Positions 49,704-62,421 of a stretch of 64,000 nucleotides of DNA are shown here, piece after piece. Location: assembly GCF_003704095.1 (NCBI RefSeq), contig NW_020844078.1:1-64000 (forward strand), read 5' to 3'. The DNA is from Pocillopora damicornis (Eukaryota). The number at the start of each line of letters is the position of its first letter. Positions within the stretch are counted from its first letter, which is position 1. Made by a program: the position numbers and the translations under genes. The notes below the pieces were generated by a model. The model did not search any database and was not told the origin of the DNA. It saw only the letters and a list, made by a program, of their open reading frames with translations.

Positions 49704-51021
49704 ATGAATGACGACGAAGGAATCGACTTTCGTAAACTTGAAAAGGAGCTTGCTTTAGCTGTGGAAGCGGACGAAAAATATCTTCGTGAGAACGATGCGA
49801 AATTTCGAGCTGTGAACCAGAGAGTTGGTAGCTATGAAGAGTTTCGAGACATTGTCAGCGCAGCTCATTTGAAACCTTTGGAGAGAAAAGATATTACAGG
49901 TTTGTGAAGGGGGACTAGTTTAAGTATGTCCCTCAATACTGGATAAGATCAAGTGATGGGAAAAATTCCCATATTTATTTTGTATATATTTTTTTCCTTT
50001 TGTTTAAAACTGACTTGCAGTTTAGTTGGGCGAGATTGACTCCTAGGTCTCAGAGTATTTGCTTCTATGAAGAACCTCTGAGATTCACAAAAACGTTAAA
50101 CTGTGTAATTCCTTTGGGTGGCGGAGAAATTTGGCTGGGTCTCCCTGAGTCTATTGTTCCTCCATGTTTTCAGTTGTCACAACAGACCCAGAGCATAGCA
50201 TACTGGGTACTTGCTATGGGTGTATTGGCAAGGTTACTGAACAGCACCTTTAATTTCAGGGGAACCAACTAAGGCCATATACATGCACCCATCATTGGTT
50301 TGCCCCAGGATGGGGAGGTGGAAAACCCCAGGGGTATTAAACATTTTCAGGTTTTCAAAAGTCATTTTTTCCACATCTGGGTGTCCATTATGTGTCAAAA
50401 TTCTGACCCTGGGGACCATATACAGTACAAATTTCAACAGAAAAATTTTGTCTCCAATTTCACGTGAAAATTATGTTAAATTACACTTCAACAGGTGAAA
50501 ATACACGCAAACAACCCTGGAATCCACATGCTCAAGGCAAGTCACAGACAGTGATAGCAACACCAACAGCACAAAGTGCCACATTGTCTACTTCATCAAA
50601 AAATCCTAAAACTGCTCATGAATTCACCAAAATTTGGAAACGTTACTGCAAAACAGAAGAGGAAAAATACCAACTTTTGTTAAAACTTGGAGGCAATGAG
50701 CTCAGAACAATTTTCAAGGGAGAGATAAGTATGGGGCTATTAGGAGAATTTCTCCTGATTCTTAACAATTGTCTGAACGAAAAGGACTCTAGTGATATTT
50801 TTAACATCCTAACAGGACTTTCTAAGACAAACAGATTTGATCTTTCTCTAAAGTTTCTTGGGAAGGAGGAAAAAAATGCAGCATCTAGTCTCATCAAAAG
50901 ACTGGAAGATGTGATCTCCAGTAGAGAAACTTTGGACAAAGAAGGTGAAGAAGAAAGGAGAAAAGACTCAAGAATACTTTTAGAGCTGAGTGAAATATAT
51001 GGCATTACCATGGCAAGTTGA
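49704..51021 (+). CDS. CCDC103: CCDC103 / DNAAF19 dynein axonemal assembly factor, about 240 aa, 2 exons
   Basis: Exons 49704-49899 and 50495-51021 (723 nt). Dynein attachment N-terminal motif [54 protein letters not shown], and RPAP3-C-like [13 protein letters not shown]...[15 protein letters not shown]...[14 protein letters not shown]. Confidence 0.95.
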
Positions 51022-54000
51022 TCAGCAGCATTCACTTTCAAAGCTCTATAAACTAAGACTCCTCCCTGTAACTGGAGGCACATTAAAAGTCTCTATTCAC
51101 CATAAGGTTATTTAATGTTTGTTCATGGAACTTGAAATAAGACATATTTTTTGTAACACTTTGCAGAAAAAAACTGAGGGTGCTTCCAATCAGTAAATGC
51201 TGAATTCTGCACAACTTTAGCCCAATGTCTCAATCAGAGTTATGCTTCTGCTGTGCTATAGTCTAACCTAAATTTGTAATTGCAATTAAGTTTGGCATGC
51301 TGGAAGCACAATGTCTGAACTGGGCTCTAAAGAAATACAGTTGAACCTGTATTGGGTGAGACAATGTTAAGTGGTTACCCTGTGCTAAGCAGTTGCAGTT
51401 GTCAGTCCCAAAATTCTGTGCAGTAAAATGCAGTTTAATGGAGTAAACATTGCTGCTGACTACTGAGAGCATTAGCACTCTATAGCAGTCAGTGGTTTTT
51501 GCATATGCGCATTCATTGGAATTCCATGTGCTCTTTGTTTGAGGTGTTCTTGCATTTGCTTTGAGTGTGAACTTGCAGCGTTGTGAGGAGTGTCAGCTCA
51601 ACATCCAGGCAGTTTTCCCCACCCCTTCCCTCCCTCTTTTCACTATTTATTCAGCATGACAGGTGCCTGTTTCCCTTTTCTGTGTGGGCCCTCATAGCTG
51701 GATTGCTAGGATTTGCCAGCCATTGGAGAAGTCTCCATCTAGGAGCTGGCTGCCAATAGTGGAAGCTCCTGGATGTTTTAGGCACCCAACCTCCACTTAG
51801 CAATTGCAGTTGTTAATTCCCCTTGGTTACAGTAATTTCTTCTCCATTAAGCAGTCATGGTCACCCTTGAAGGAGAAACTTATGGCCTTAAGTTGATCCT
51901 TGTTTTTACAGGTTGGAATAGCCTGTTATGAGGCATTCTGATCAAAGTGCTGATGGACCCTTGATTTTCAATTGGTCATCAATTAATGTCCATGGATGCA
52001 AATTAATTCATTTCCTCATTTAATGATTGTTCACAGCGTAATAATTAAAAAAATCAATGTGGTAATCTTTGCTCTGATTGGAAAGCATTAAAGTAAGTTA
52101 ATACCTGCCTGCATTTTACTGATGAAAATAACCAGGCTGTGGAATGGGCAAAATTCTTGTACTGCGACCACTCCTACATCCTTTTCACTGACCCACCAAC
52201 ACTCCTTGGTGTTGCTATCACTTGTCTCTAAAAATTCTCAGTTGAACTGGTTTCAATTTCAGTTTATGACAAGGTTGACAGGTGTTTCGTTAATTGACAA
52301 TCAATTTATTGTTTAGCATTTGATTTTATCATTAACTACATGATTAACATATCAATAGCATAATTGCTAAGTAAGTCGATCTTCAGTTAAAAGGAATGAC
52401 ACGTTCTCTTGAAAGTGTTCTGAATTTAGTGTTTTTCTGCTCAATCTGCTGACCCACTTTGCTGAACTGATACATATACTGGAATAGTTTTGATTGGATA
52501 TCACTACAGAGTTAAGTAAATTTGTTTTGTGACCAGTTCAATTTTAAGAATTTTAATTTCATTTTTCCTTCAAGAATTGCTCCTCCTTCGATTTCTAATG
52601 AATCATGTATTATTTCTCATAGATTGCATAACTTAAGGATTATACTATTCTGTGTCCAGTCATCATGCTTTTGAGAACCATTTTTCCCTGGACTATTAGG
52701 TATGAATTTAAAGTGTTGCATAATGGGTAAAGAATTGCCAAGATGCCTTCAAATTTAATCAAGGTAGAACCACCAGACATTGCAATACCAGCTGATACAA
52801 TTTTGATCTCTGTAGTATCAATTATGTATGGCACGTTTTGGCCATTTGTGGAAGTTATCAAAGAATGTAGTTACATCTCTAGCTCACCGACTTCAAAGCA
52901 AGATAAGACTCAAGTTCTCACATGAATTTTAACTTTATTCACTGCATTGCAAATCTACCTACAGACAAATGAAACAAATTACTACTACTTTGTTTCAACA
53001 AATAAGCCATCATTGAAGGGAAAATACATGTTTTTTTATTACTCAATAGCTAAGAAATAAGTGATGTTTGATGACAGCAATATCTAACTGAATCAATATT
53101 TTACTATGAAAATAAATTCGATATAAATTCAATTCCCATTTTGAATCTTTTCAGCTATTGCCCCTTAATTGATCAAAAATCTGCAGCTTAATATTTTTGC
53201 TAGATAGTGAATAACTGCATTGTTACATTCAAAGAATGCTAACAAAGAAAATTGTTTGAATGTTGTCCTTCTTGCCTCAATCTTCTCAAATATGTCTGTT
53301 TTCCACATTTCTCTGGATTTCTTGACAGCCGTATTGTGTTTATTATCTTACAATAGCCTTCAAAATTTGAATCAACCTCTCAGTCATGAATACATACTCT
53401 AGTTCCTCCTTAGCTAAACACTTATCAGAAAAATGCTGGCTGAACTTACAGTTCTTGGCAATGTATTACATTACAATACCCTTACATTAATATTTTTCAG
53501 AAAATTATTACATCCTTCTTCCTAAAGAGTATGTACAACTCATAATAATCTTATTACCAACTAAATGTTATGTTAAGACCAAAGCTTTTACACAACATTA
53601 CCACAAATTATGTTAGATCTGAGATCTCTGGAAAAAAGAGAAAGTCCTTTTCCAAATCATAAGTTTTGACTCACAATAAGAATTGTGCCACTGCAGCAAA
53701 TACTGACTACAATTTTACAATTTCCTCTTACAAGTATAAATAATTTAAATGAAGGTGTTAGATAACTCTGGAGAACCCTGATTGCTAGGTTTCCAAAACA
53801 ATTGCCACTCTTTGTTTCTAGGGTGCTAATTTCTACTTTCATTCAAAGAGAAATGCACCTAATTTCATATGAATCATCAGTTGTGTACTCTGCCTCATAT
53901 GGATAAAGTAATCATTTGCCACCAAGAAATGAGAATCCAAATGCTTCTTTAACTTATTTCTAAATTGAATCCACAGGGCAACAAAGGTCAACAGTTCAAA

Positions 54001-54610
54001 AAATATGTAACCAACTTCTGGAAGTGATACTTGCCAACAGCTTAAATAATCTGAATTACAAATTTCAACCATGTCCCTAACTTACACACCTTATGAAGCA
54101 ATTTCAATAAAATGTACAAGTGTTACCATGAAGAGTGTAATATTTGGGCATTTTCTGTAAAGTGCTTGCTGTTTCCATGGCAAATGCAGCTTTACTATTT
54201 ACAGAAAATTGACTTCTAACAGATGCATTTTGTATTACTTCGGGTCAGAAGTGTACAAGATTTTCAAGAAAAAGCCTGTTAATTTTCAAAGTCTTTTTTG
54301 GCAGACCTCATGATCACGCATACTTTTTCTTTGAATAAAAATACCTAACATAAAGCTGCAATTGAACAAAGAAACCTTTTTTATGGGTACTGGAACCATG
54401 TAAATTTCTTGAAATATCTGTGTGGCAATTAAATAAATGCTTTCAAGCTCACACAAATCTGTATTAGGCCACCTTAGTAATAATAGTAATATTGGAACTT
54501 GGCCCTGAGAGGGTCCATCATGTAAGGAAATTATCCATATGAAAACATGGTGTTTTCACAGAAGAATGACTAATATAAGTATTTATAGCTTGATCACCAT
54601 TAGCAGTATG

Positions 54611-57600
54611 TTACAAGTACATGCCATTGATTAGATAATCAGCATCATCTGTTGCAAATGGCCGCCTTTTTAATCTGCTTTTGACAATTCTTAAACGAAG
54701 GGCCACAACAAACAGCAATAAAATTGCAATCACGAGGAATATTGCTAGTGGAAGCACTGCCTTGTTCTCAATGATCCTTAGCCTGTGTGTTTCAATTACC
54801 ACCACATCAGAGATGTTCTTGCTCTGGATTGGCACTTCAATCAAGGGACGCTCGTCCTGTTGCTGTTTGGGTTCTAAGCATGAGGAAAAAGAAATTAATT
54901 AAGAGAAACTCTTGCACATATATCAACATTAAGGTTTAGACCTTGACAAAAGCTCTAGGAAAAGAGAGGGATGGAACTGGAAGCAAGGAAATGAAAGAAC
55001 AAGGTGGCTAAAAGAGATTTTTAGGGGTTAACTATAAGCAGAGGAAGGAATCAAGGGTGGGGTCAGGAAGACTATGAGCTTAGAAGAGCAGAAAGAACAG
55101 AGAAGAGGACTGAAAAGTTGGAGAGAGAGGGGACAAGAAGGGGAGAGAAAAAAGAACAAAAGAGAGGATAAAAGAGACTAGAAGTATGAGAGGGTCTGAG
55201 GGAAGAAATAAGGGAAGAGGGAACTTTAAGAACTTTATGAAAGTTTAAGTGGAGTAGATTGTGAGGGAGAAAATGGGAGAGGGTGAAAGGAATGGAGTAG
55301 GAAAGGGGTTGAGACAGGAAGGTGTGTGGAAAGGAGAGAGTTGTGAAAAAAGGAGGAACAGTGTGGATAAAGGGAAAAGGAGGGGTAAATATTGGAATCA
55401 ATTCCATACCATGAACTCTTGCTTTTTCTGTCATTATTATAGGTTCTGTTGGCTTGGGTGGTTCTGTCTCTGGTTCTATTGGTTCCTGCCAAGGTTTGGG
55501 TACTTGGGTTTGTATCGGTTTCTCCACAGGTTTTAGTGAAGGTACCTCTACTGGTTTCTTCTGTACAGGTACCTCTATTGGTTTCTTCTGTACAGGTACC
55601 TCTATTGGTTTCTTCTGTACAGGTACCTTCTGTACAGTTTCCTCTACTGGCCTCTGCACTGGTACCTGTACTGGCCTCTGCTCCGGTACCTGTACTGGCT
55701 TTTGCACAGGCACCTCCACTGGTCTCTGCACAGGTACATCAACTTGTTTTTGTGCAGGAATCTCTACAGGCTTTTTCTGCACTGGTTTTTCAACAGGTTT
55801 TTCTGTCTGCTTCTCCACTGCTTGTTCTAATGGATGTTCTACTTTGCTTGGAATTGTATATGGAAAATTTGGGTTATTGTCAACAAATTGCCTCCACTGG
55901 TGAAAGGTGGGTTTAACAGTTGTGGGCACAGCCTTCGGGTCACCACCAGAAGGCTGATATTGTTGAGTGTCTGTTTTTGGCATAAGTTCCTCTAGTTTTC
56001 TCTCAAGTTCCCTATCCACGTCATCAGTATCGTGCGTTGTTGTCTTCTCTTCAGTTGGTTCCTTAGCCACTTCTTTCACAGGGTTTCCAGGTCTTACAGG
56101 TCCTTTCATGTTTACATGCTGGTGTTTTGTTGGGAAATCAGGATGATTTGAGGTAACTTGGTGATAAGGCTTTTGAGATTCTTGAGAATTTTCTGAGTAT
56201 TCATCTTTATCTAGAACTGGCCTTGACGGTTTTTTCGCTGACAATGATTCATGTGTGTTCTTGCTATGATACCTATCTTTTCCAAAAGGTTGTTTTGAAT
56301 GCACAGTGCTCCCTTCATAGGATTTCTGTTTCCAAGGACTCATTAAATCTTCTTCCTCTTCATATTTGTCTTGTTCATCAGTCATGTACTGTCTTGAAGG
56401 TGGTTTGTATTGTGACGATCCTTGAACTCTGTCTTTTGTATTACCTAGTGGATAAATCAAGGAAAAATTAACATTTAACCCAACATCCCCTAACAGAAAC
56501 AGACTTATAATCTCCCCTTACAGTATCACCTCTAAATCAAATATAAAGGCCCCGAGAATAAAGGAAATGATCACCAACTCCAGAAGTTTCTAGTTGTCAA
56601 ACAAATTTTTCTTGTCAATATCACAAGGAAAATAAAGAGAACAGAGCAGAGAATGTGAATTTTAGGATGTAAAAGGTAAAAAAAAAAAAAAAAAAACCCA
56701 GCCAACAATTTGCTGATTCTACAGGAACAGGAGACCACCTATTTGGTAAGGTTACAAAGCATAAATTGATTATCTGTATAAAACTTGGTTATTTCCAGGA
56801 GCTATGTGTGAGAGGGCTCAAGAAGATAAAGAATAGCATACTGAACTACAAAATAACTATTGGCTGCATAATTCTTATGAGCACACAATTATGTGGAAAA
56901 AATTTTTGTGGACAAAATCTCATTCCAATGCCTTAACCATATCTGCCATTTCAGGAATCAAAAGCTAGGATTTTCAGTACTTTTGTACCACTTAGAAGGT
57001 CTTACAGGGCCTTTTACCGCTGTCACGTATTTTATATGTGAAAAAGTACAATTAATCTGCAGCAGAAATGTGCAGAAAGACAAAATTGCAACTCCTTTAG
57101 CTGACTTCACAGAGACAGTTTGAATAGTCCGAATTGCCAGGATTGGAGAGAGTTTTGAGCAAAAATTGACGCTTAACTACTACAAAGAAATAAATCTTAG
57201 AAAAACAGCCTTGAAATCAATTTTCGCTAAAAATAAATCAACAGAAAGAGCACAAAAAACAAAGATAAATAAAGATTCTCGGTTACTAGTGCGAACTATA
57301 TTCAAGCACTCTCACCAAGGAGATCTGCAGGTGTTTAGAAATACGAAAATTAGGACAAAATATTATATTTATATTTTTGAACATTTCAAAGTGTGATGTT
57401 TCTGTTGACCCTTCACTCATCTCGAGTGAAATAATAAGGAACTTAAGGACCAGGATTAAACCTGATATCAAAATTATAGAATGGAACGAGGAAATACCCC
57501 TGCGAATTAAGAATACGTGTCCCTTGTACACGACTGTGAGAAATGTTTCCATTTGTGGAGAGACTGTACGAATAATCAGATAATAGTAATGATTTTGCTA

Positions 57601-58165
57601 TCGCAATTTCAAGTAACTGATGCTAGAAAACAATTAAGCGATTTACATAACATACGACATAAAAACCACAAATCCTACCTTCGCGAACAGAAGGTTTAAT
57701 TTCTTTCGCGGTGCCCAATTTTGCTTCCCCAGTTTTAACAGATGAAGGTCCAAACTGATTGCCGTCTATATAAGATAGTTCTTCACTTGGTCTGTCGTAA
57801 GATATCGTAGCGTAGTGATCGTGTTTTCCAAAGAGACATTTACTGGGCTTTCCGCAGTGGAACATAAAACAAACCTTCTGTAATTCCGAGAAGAATCCAT
57901 CCGTATAATTTTTGTATTGCATTTGCGCGAGATCGCAGTTCTTTCGTTCGCAACACAACTTGTAACACTCTCGAGCATCGCGAACTTCATAATGTTTCAA
58001 AAACGAGGCACCATTGTCCACAGATGCTTTGGCCTCAATGATCTGTCCCTTATTCACGTGAATATTGTACGGACATCTGAAGTCATCATCACAAGAACAG
58101 ACTTCGAAGAGGAAAGCCAATATGATGCCGTGAAGAAAAATCGAACGGAATCCTTTCAAATGCAT
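54611..58165 (-). CDS. MANSC-domain type I membrane protein (MANSC1/C11orf24-like tail), about 594 aa, 3 exons
   Basis: Exons 58165-57679, 56444-55410, 54873-54611 (1785 nt). Signal peptide; MANSC-type pattern II...SVDNGASFL...ECYKLCCERKNCDLA...CFMFHCGKPSKCLF; P/V/E/K-rich stalk; TM helix AVLPLAIFLVIAILLLFVVAL; tail DADYLINGMYL. Confidence 0.85.
54950..55395. repeat. Long polypurine (+)/polypyrimidine (-) low-complexity tract in intron 2 of the MANSC gene
   Basis: About 450 bp dominated by G and A on the + strand. Confidence 0.75.
55515..55830 (-). repeat. Coding minisatellite of 24- and 27-bp units encoding PV(E/Q)VPVQ(K/R)K
   Basis: Three near-identical 27-bp units GGTACCTCTATTGGTTTCTTCTGTACA at 55541-55621, followed by several 24-bp variants. 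Confidence 0.85.
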
Positions 58166-58444
58166 CTTGTTAGAGCAAAAAGGTTTTTCCGTCGACGAAA
58201 CAACCTACTACAATGTTTTTCCTCTGATTGTAGGCTCCAATATTAAGTCGATTTTACGCTCAAGACAACGACAGCGTAGGCAATATGGACGCCGGGTAAA
58301 TTAGCTGGCGTTCGTAAAATGATCCTTGCCCCTGGGAACAAGTGACGTCAGTGGAGCGCCAAGAGAATGCGCATGCGTGTTTGGGATATAAATGATAAGG
58401 TCAAACACACTTCACCTCAGTTAGTCACGCGATTTGTCTTCGAC
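58166..58444. promoter_or_regulatory. Bidirectional promoter between the MANSC gene and PM20D2
   Basis: ATGs 280 bp apart. Perfect CRE TGACGTCA (58343-58350) and NRF1-like TGCGCATGCG (58368-58377). Confidence 0.6.
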
Positions 58445-59112
58445 ATGGCCGACGAGCTAGCAAATTTCATAACCCTCGCTTCACCCGTGATCGACGGTAA
58501 AGCCAAAGATCTTCAAGCCTTGAGCTTGAAGATTTGGGAAAAACCAGAGCTTGGCTACGAAGAACATTTTGCCCATGGTATTCTGTGCGACTTTTTTGAG
58601 GAACAAGGTTTCGAGGTAACAAGGAGTTACACTTTGCCAACAGCTTATCGGGCGGTGTTTGGAGCTGAGAACGAAGGTCCGACGGTTGCCGTGCTTTCTG
58701 AATACGATGCATTACCTGGGGTCGGACATGGATGTGGGCATAATCTCATAGCCATAGCGGGTAACTACGAACTCAGAGTTTTGCCGAAATTACCTAATAA
58801 TTACTTATTTAACAGCATAATTAACTAGATCTTCACCTTTTTCTATTATCAGACTTCACACCCGATAACAAACGGTATTACCTCCAAAGAAAAAGCAAAA
58901 TGTAACTTGATTGACCCACTGAACTGGCATGTTTTCAATTTCCACCCTGGGAATTGCTCTGTAGTCATTATTTAGCTCAAAGCTAGAGAAGGGGCAAATA
59001 TATGGCAATCAGCCCATCATGAGAGATGATTTTCAGTCTCTATGACTGGCTCTGGCCATCACTGAACTTGGTTGGTTCTGCAGTTCCTGGGATTACACCT
59101 GCCTCAGGAAGT

Positions 59113-59150
<38 letters not shown>

Positions 59151-60637
59151 GATATAGGAGAGAGAGGAGGAGGAGAGAGGTAGTCAGTACCCTCTACTTC
59201 ATCCATTCAATTAGGTTGAACTTGTACTCAGGACAAGAAAGAGTAAAAATAAAGTAAAGATTGTGCTTGTTGTTTTGAAACTAATTGATACTAAGTCTTG
59301 TAGACTATACTCAATACATGACCAGGGCATCTGTGACTTTGTTTTAAGGTAACTGGAAACAGTTCTCCATGAACAGTATGAAGTCACAGCAGTTAAATTA
59401 ACTGTAATCTTAGCAGCATCAGAATTTTAAACTGGCTAAATTTAATTTGTTCAAATTTACTCAGATGTGAAGTCTTATCTCAAAAGAGAAAATTCTGAAG
59501 TTTTGGGAAAATCTATTGAGGAATTTCCCAAGATGGTCCCCAAAAATAAAAAACTGGACTTTCATGGGACGTTAGCATAATGATAATGATTGTCATTTCA
59601 ATTGTTTGGTGGACATAAGCATGACATTGGTTTGACTGTGAAGAGGGAAAGATGGTATTTGAGCACTTTGAATGTAGTTGGTTTGCATCTCATCCCAGAT
59701 ACCTGTTCCCAGCCACCTTAAGAGTTCTACATTAACTGTTTCTTTATTAACCCCAGGGGTAGGGGCAGCACTGGGGATAAAAGCAGCTATCGAGGGTGGA
59801 CTCAACGCTAAGCTTATTGCCATGGGAACCCCTGCTGAGGAAGGAGGTGGTGGAAAAGTGCAGATGGTTAGTAGCGGTTGTTTCAAAGATGTAGATTTTT
59901 CCATCATGGTACATCCTGCACCTTTTAATATGGCATTCTACGTGAGCCAAGCTCTTGAGAAAGCTGAAATTGTCTACAAAGGGAAGGCAGCTCATGCAGC
60001 AGCCTTCCCATGGGAAGGACGCAATGCTCTTGATGCTGCAGTCATGGCGTACAACTCTATAAGCCTGCTCAGGCAACAGATGAAACCAACATGGCGAGTA
60101 CATGGCATTATAAGTGAGGGAGGAGTTAAGCCTAATATCATCCCAGAGCAAACTAAGCTTGAATTCTGGGTGCGAACTGTGAAGAATAAAGAATGTGCAG
60201 TCCTCAAATCTAAGGTGAATGCTTGCTTTGAAGCAGCTGCAAAAGCAACTGATTGCACGGTAGAGATAACATGGGATCCCATTCCTCATGCAGGAGTGCT
60301 CACCAACAGCAAGCTGGCCTATTTGTATCAAAAGTATGCTGGGCAAATGGGTGTGGTCTTTCCATCAAGAGAAGAACAAGAAAGTATTGTGGATGGATCA
60401 ACAGATTTTGGAAATGTGTCCATGGTAGTTCCTGGTCTGCATGCTCAGTTCTGTATTGACAGCTCAGTGCCATTTCATTCCCATGTCTTCCGAGCTGCTG
60501 CAGGCACACAGTACGCTCATGATCAAACTATTATTGCTGCCAAATCTCTTTGTTTTACTGCAATTGAGGTGTTGCATGATCCATCACTACTGAAAGAAAT
60601 GAAAGATGAATTTTTACAAGCAGTCAAAGATGCTTAG
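58445..60637 (+). CDS. PM20D2: Peptidase M20 domain-containing protein 2 (Xaa-Arg dipeptidase / amidohydrolase), about 398 aa, 2 exons
   Basis: Exons 58445-58760 and 59757-60637 (1197 nt). Motifs PELGYEE, EYDALPGVGHGCGHNLIA, GTPAEEGGGGK, GKAAHAAAFPWEGRNALDAAV, LRQQMKPTWRVHGII, GGVKPNIIP and GSTDFGNVS. Confidence 0.95.
59113..59148 (+). repeat. Poly-G run in the PM20D2 intron
   Basis: About 36 consecutive G followed by GA-rich sequence. Confidence 0.85.
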
Positions 60638-60770
60638 ATCACATTCTATTTTCAATTAGCTACTTTTGTNNNNNNNNNNNNNNNNNNNNNNNNNNNNNNN
60701 NNNNNNNNNNNNNNNNNNNNNNNNNNNNNNNNNNNNNNNNNNNNNNNNNNNNNNNNNNNNNNNNNNNNNG

Positions 60771-61945
60771 ATGAGATCCTTGGTGACATCTCCAGTTTTC
60801 CTTATGAAGAAGAAACTGTTCAACTTACTCCACTGGCTGATGCCAAAAACATTTATTCCCCTTTATACCATGGTAAGTACCACAATGGATCTTTCTCCAG
60901 CCTGCAGCAATGGTGCTATTTTGGCTCACTAGTGCTTAATAGTTTCTTGGTGAAAATCATAGCTGCCATCATTGAATTTTTCAGCAGGGAAAGGCTAGGA
61001 AGAGTGGAAGGGGAAGAACTTTGTACCAGGGGGGTTCGTGATAGTTAATAAGAAGGAGAGGGGAGGGTGTGGGTCTTTCCTAGCCCCTTCCTGCTCTGTC
61101 CACTAAAAATCAAAGCCGGCTGGGCAGATAAACCATTGGGAGCTTACCTAATATGATGGTTGCATTACAGGCTAGTCATTTTCAAAACCTTGCAGTCTGT
61201 TTCTGAAGTGTTGTTCTGTTACTCAAATACTTTGCTTCTTCAGGTGTCATTTTCTCAGATACCTTACAAGACTGTCATTGACAGATCAGAATGGCAGGAA
61301 AAGGTTAGTACTCAGATACAAAACTTTTCAATTTTCTTTTTGCATTCTCAAGAGTGGACTCAAAATTCTTCTTGCTGACTACCGAAATAAAACTTTGTTC
61401 CTTAACCCTTTACACCCTAACATCAGCATGCATATTCTCCATACTGTTCTAAATATATTTCTTAAGGTGCTGACAAGGAGAATTTGTTAAACAATCAAGA
61501 GCTCCTTTCATTGTTGATCATTTCTCTTATTCTTGTGACTTAAATGAGTGATTCTGGGGTGATATTGTAAGGAGAAATTAGAAGCTCGTCAGTCTTCGGA
61601 GGAAAAGGGTTAAGCCTGACTGTTCTATTAGCATGGGGAAGTTGTCCTTTGATGGTAGTCATCACTTGCATGTCTGTCACCTCAAAAACAACAGGTTTTA
61701 CATTGAAAATTAATCTCATTCTGTCTGTCAGGGTAATCATTGGATCTTGTAGCCCCTGGTACAATTAAGTAAACACCTCGCAAAGACTGTTTAGATAACA
61801 GGGTGGACTGAAAATGGTGCCCGTATTTGAATTATTATTGTTTCAGGTTGTGAAGAGGACTGTACTCATGTCAGCATTGATGGCTGGAATTGGTGGAGCT
61901 TTAATGGCACTGAGAATAGTGAAGAAAGACATCAAATTGTTTTGA
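60771..61945 (+). CDS. KMO: Kynurenine 3-monooxygenase, last three exons, on an apparently inverted contig
   Basis: Exons 60771-60872 (MRSLVTSPVFLMKKKLFNLLHWLMPKTFIPLYTM), 61244-61303 (VSFSQIPYKTVIDRSEWQEK) and 61847-61945 (VVKRTVLMSALMAGIGGALMALRIVKKDIKLF*). These match the recalled KMO C-terminus MP.TFIPLYTMV.FS and its membrane anchor. Confidence 0.85.
61402..61613 (+). mobile_element. TTAA-ended MITE-like element, family A, complete copy
   Basis: TTAA-CCCTTT...AAAGGG-TTAA with both ends intact. Confidence 0.75.
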
Positions 61946-62421
61946 AAAGTTATTTAATAACTGCATGATGTATGAATTATTTAAATAGTACATAATTTTA
62001 GACGATGGGTGTTTTCTTTGAAAGATGTTATGACTGAGAGATTTCTAGATGAACCTAGACTGCTGAGTTCAAGCATTAAACCCTTTTCACCTTAACATCA
62101 GTATGCATATTCTCCATACTGCTTTCTAGACATTTCCCAAGGAGTTAGCTAGGAGAATTTGTTGAACAGTCAAGGGCTTCTTTACTTAGGGATCATGTCT
62201 GTTATTCTTGTGACCTTCATGGGGTGACATTATAAGGAGAAGTCAGCTGCTAGTCACTCTTATGAGAGACCAAGACAGAATTTCTCCTTACGATATCAAT
62301 ACAATATCAAGCAGACAAGTGNNNNNNNNNNNNNNNNNNNNNNNNNNNNNNNNNNNNNNNNNNNNNNNNNNNNNNNNNNNNNNNNNNNNNNNNNNNNNNN
62401 NNNNNNNNNNNNNNNNNNNNN

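Noticed and set aside
51022-54610. Downstream FAM187A-like ORF (as at vertebrate CCDC103) or a structured ncRNA
   Set aside because: No credible ORF, exon or RNA structure is seen. Most likely 3' UTRs of the two convergent genes.
55515-55830. Regular 24-27-bp repeats as a CRISPR array
   Set aside because: There are no unique spacers, the repeats are in-frame coding sequence, and the context is eukaryotic with no cas genes.
55449-55916. Cys/Thr/Gly-repeat ORFs on the + strand that look like antifreeze or metal-binding proteins
   Set aside because: They are antisense shadows of the PVEVPVQK coding repeat.
58445-60637. Horizontal transfer of a bacterial amidohydrolase, because the gene is intron-poor
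   Set aside because: It has a spliceosomal intron and animal PM20D2-type motifs such as LRQQMKPTWRVHGII.
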